64,000 nt of DNA from Phyllosticta citribraziliensis. Lineage: Eukaryota. Shown one piece after another: positions 61,780 through 64,000 of the stretch; position 1 is the stretch's first letter; every line of letters starts with the position of its first letter. The translations under genes and the position numbers were made by a program. Under the pieces are notes generated by a model. It was not told the origin of the DNA. It made no database searches and saw only the letters and a program-made list of their open reading frames with translations. Location of the stretch: contig NW_027117342.1 in the NCBI RefSeq assembly GCF_038025025.1, positions 62,001 to 126,000 on the forward strand, read 5' to 3'.

Positions 61780-64000
61780 AGAAACGACATTACATAAGCA
61801 CTACCTTGCTACCTGGACCTAGCTTTTCTCCCTACCGCTGCATACAACAGATCCTTGCGCGCTACTGTACCGTGCCGTCACCTCCATCACCATGCCCGCT
61901 CCCACGCCCACGCCCGCCTCAACTGCGCGAACATCTCTTTCTCTTTCTCTCGCCGTGCCATCCACATACGACGCCTGAGCCGCCGCTGCCACCACCGCCA
62001 TTGCAGGCACAGCAAAAATGGCGACAATGACTCCTCCCAACTGCGCTGGCGGCTTGGCGCAGGCCAGTTGCTCCATCGGTTCTACATCACGACGACAGAG
62101 GAGACTTTGGGCTGAGACTACCTGCCCGGCTGGGGTGGCGGCTTGCTTGGCTGAAGGGTTTAGGTCCTCGTCCTCATCCGCCCGTCATGATGGCAGAGAA
62201 AACCACCCACAGCAACAGCCAGCCTGGCCCCGGGTCGAAACCTAGCATCGCCACCACCAGCACCGCTCCAACTGCGCCCACACAAGCAGCATCAGAAGAC
62301 CTCAATCCAGCCCGCTCACAGTTCCGGAAACAACGCGCTGGTCGCACTTGGTTCGAGGTCGAGCCGCGGGTCTTCTCGCTGAGCCGACACATCTTTTTGT
62401 CAAGGCTCCCAATACGGTCGGCCAGGCGGCCACAGACGCATCCTCAGAGAGGCTGCAGCAGAACCTTTTGCTCGCCCGCACCGGTGACATTTCATAGGTC
62501 CAGGTTGACTGGGATATACGTCAACAGCCGATCAACATCCTCCTCGAGGCGCACAAAAACCCCCGATCGCGAGTATGCAGACGCCGTCGAAAGAGGCCTA
62601 GCCAAGAATACTGGATGAGTTGGTGGGCCGTGGTGTCACTCCAAGCGTGCCAGGAGCTGGCGTGCTTGTCGTTAGAAAAGGATGATGAATGGCATGTGGT
62701 CCAGCCAGCCGCAAAACGAGATACGACGCTTCATCGCGCCGGCGTACTCCCATAGAAACCCCTGCTTCCTAGGTAGGTCTCCCATCGGTCAGCCCTCTGG
62801 TCTCGTTCGTCCTTCTCAGCATCCCACCTCTGCATCGGCAGGTCCCATCTACGCTTCCACCACCACATATTCCTCCCATTCTATCCCAATTACAGCCTCT
62901 GCCGCTTTGCTGCTGCTGCTGCTACCGACGCTTCCACAGCCGCAACTACCACCGCGAGCTACCAGCGCAAGAGACTGCGCCGCAGCAAGAAACAGAGGTT
63001 TCTGGGGCGTTCGGAGCCTCAGAAGCTTCAGCAACGGCGTTTCCACGCGCCATATCGTCTTTTGGGGCCACGGAGATGGATATCCGCGACGGGGACAAGG
63101 GAGCGTGGGAAGAGACAGCGCCTGCCAATGTCAACCGTTAGGCCTTCAGCAACGATTCTCAGTTGATATTCATGAGGTGGAGGACGAAGGCTGTGGCGGA
63201 ACTTGTTACCAGTCCCTATCTCTTCCTTTCTTTCCTTTTCCCGTTTCAGTTCTACTCCACAAATTCTATGCATGCGGGGGCAAACCCCTGCTTAGCGCAG
63301 CTACAGACGCAAACATCCTTCATTTCCTGTGCATGGATCATCATGATGTGGACGCTCAGAGTTACTGCTTTTGGCCACTTGACAAAAAAGAAAGAAGCGG
63401 CGGCCCCGCTTGCGCCTCATTCGCCTTAAAAACAAATTCCATTAGACTTGTCATTAATTGTTTGATGGGGAAAGAAAAGAGAAAGGAGAAATGATACATA
63501 TAGCAGTCTTCACCTCCTCACCTGGCGACCATCCTGTTCCTCAACCGCTCAGATTGAAGACGCGGACTCAAAATGCCGCGACACACCCAGCACCTGCAGT
63601 TTGCCAAGGGCAGCACACGTTCAAGGGTATTCACCACCAAAACAACTTGCAAGTTAGACGAAAGCTAAGCATAAACACAACAGCAAAGCCGCTCTCAACC
63701 TTACAAAGCACCCATCATTAATCCATGGATTCCGTTGTACAACCCAGCAATTTCCCACCAGCCCCATTGCGCATGCGCCCACTGCTACTGGGAGTGGCTT
63801 TCAACAACGCAAACGCCGCACAAGATGCTTGGACGACTGGGGAGCCCGTTCAGCGTCGCAGCAGACACGCGCGGGACGCGCCCAAGGTCGCGCCGCCTGA
63901 TGCACCGCGGAGACGGCTACGCCAACGCCTTTGCCTGGACCGTGCGGTCTGCCATGCGGCTGGAAACCATCACGACTGACGTGCCCCTTGTGCATCCCCC

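Noticed and set aside
10458..64000. Starship captain, DDE transposase or RepHel gene
   Set aside because: No tyrosine-recombinase, DDE, HUH or PIF1 motifs recognised in any frame I read; they may lie outside the window.

Overview
Filamentous-ascomycete DNA (RIP signature, spliceosomal introns) in two compartments. (1) 1-~10,457 is an AT-rich, RIP-destroyed retrotransposon nest: a minus-strand Ty3/Gypsy element (5' LTR 7124-7549, two gag-like regions, PR-RT-RH-INT running off the window start) inserted in a plus-strand Ty1/Copia element (RT, RNase H, PPT, 3' LTR 10317-10457). (2) ~10,458-64,000 is GC-rich and I could not recognise any intact conserved gene in it. It holds two Ulp1/SENP-like (peptidase C48) paralogues with intact catalytic residues and a shared architecture, an 11-exon micro-exon gene invisible to the ORF track, a few orphan ORFs and many tandem repeats. 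It also holds a dispersed family of palindromic modular repeat arrays at five loci (all in the same orientation) and a scatter of 40-240 bp degenerate fragments of housekeeping genes (CenH3, EB1/Bim1, She4/CRO1, Lsm12, importin-11, a DEAD-box helicase, a C2H2 factor), two of which keep an intron acceptor. The best candidate for an undescribed system is this gene-fragment-capturing accessory region with its palindromic arrays and deSUMOylase-like genes. No transposase, RepHel or Starship captain is visible in the window, so the mechanism is inferred only. All homology calls come from recalled motifs, not from database searches.
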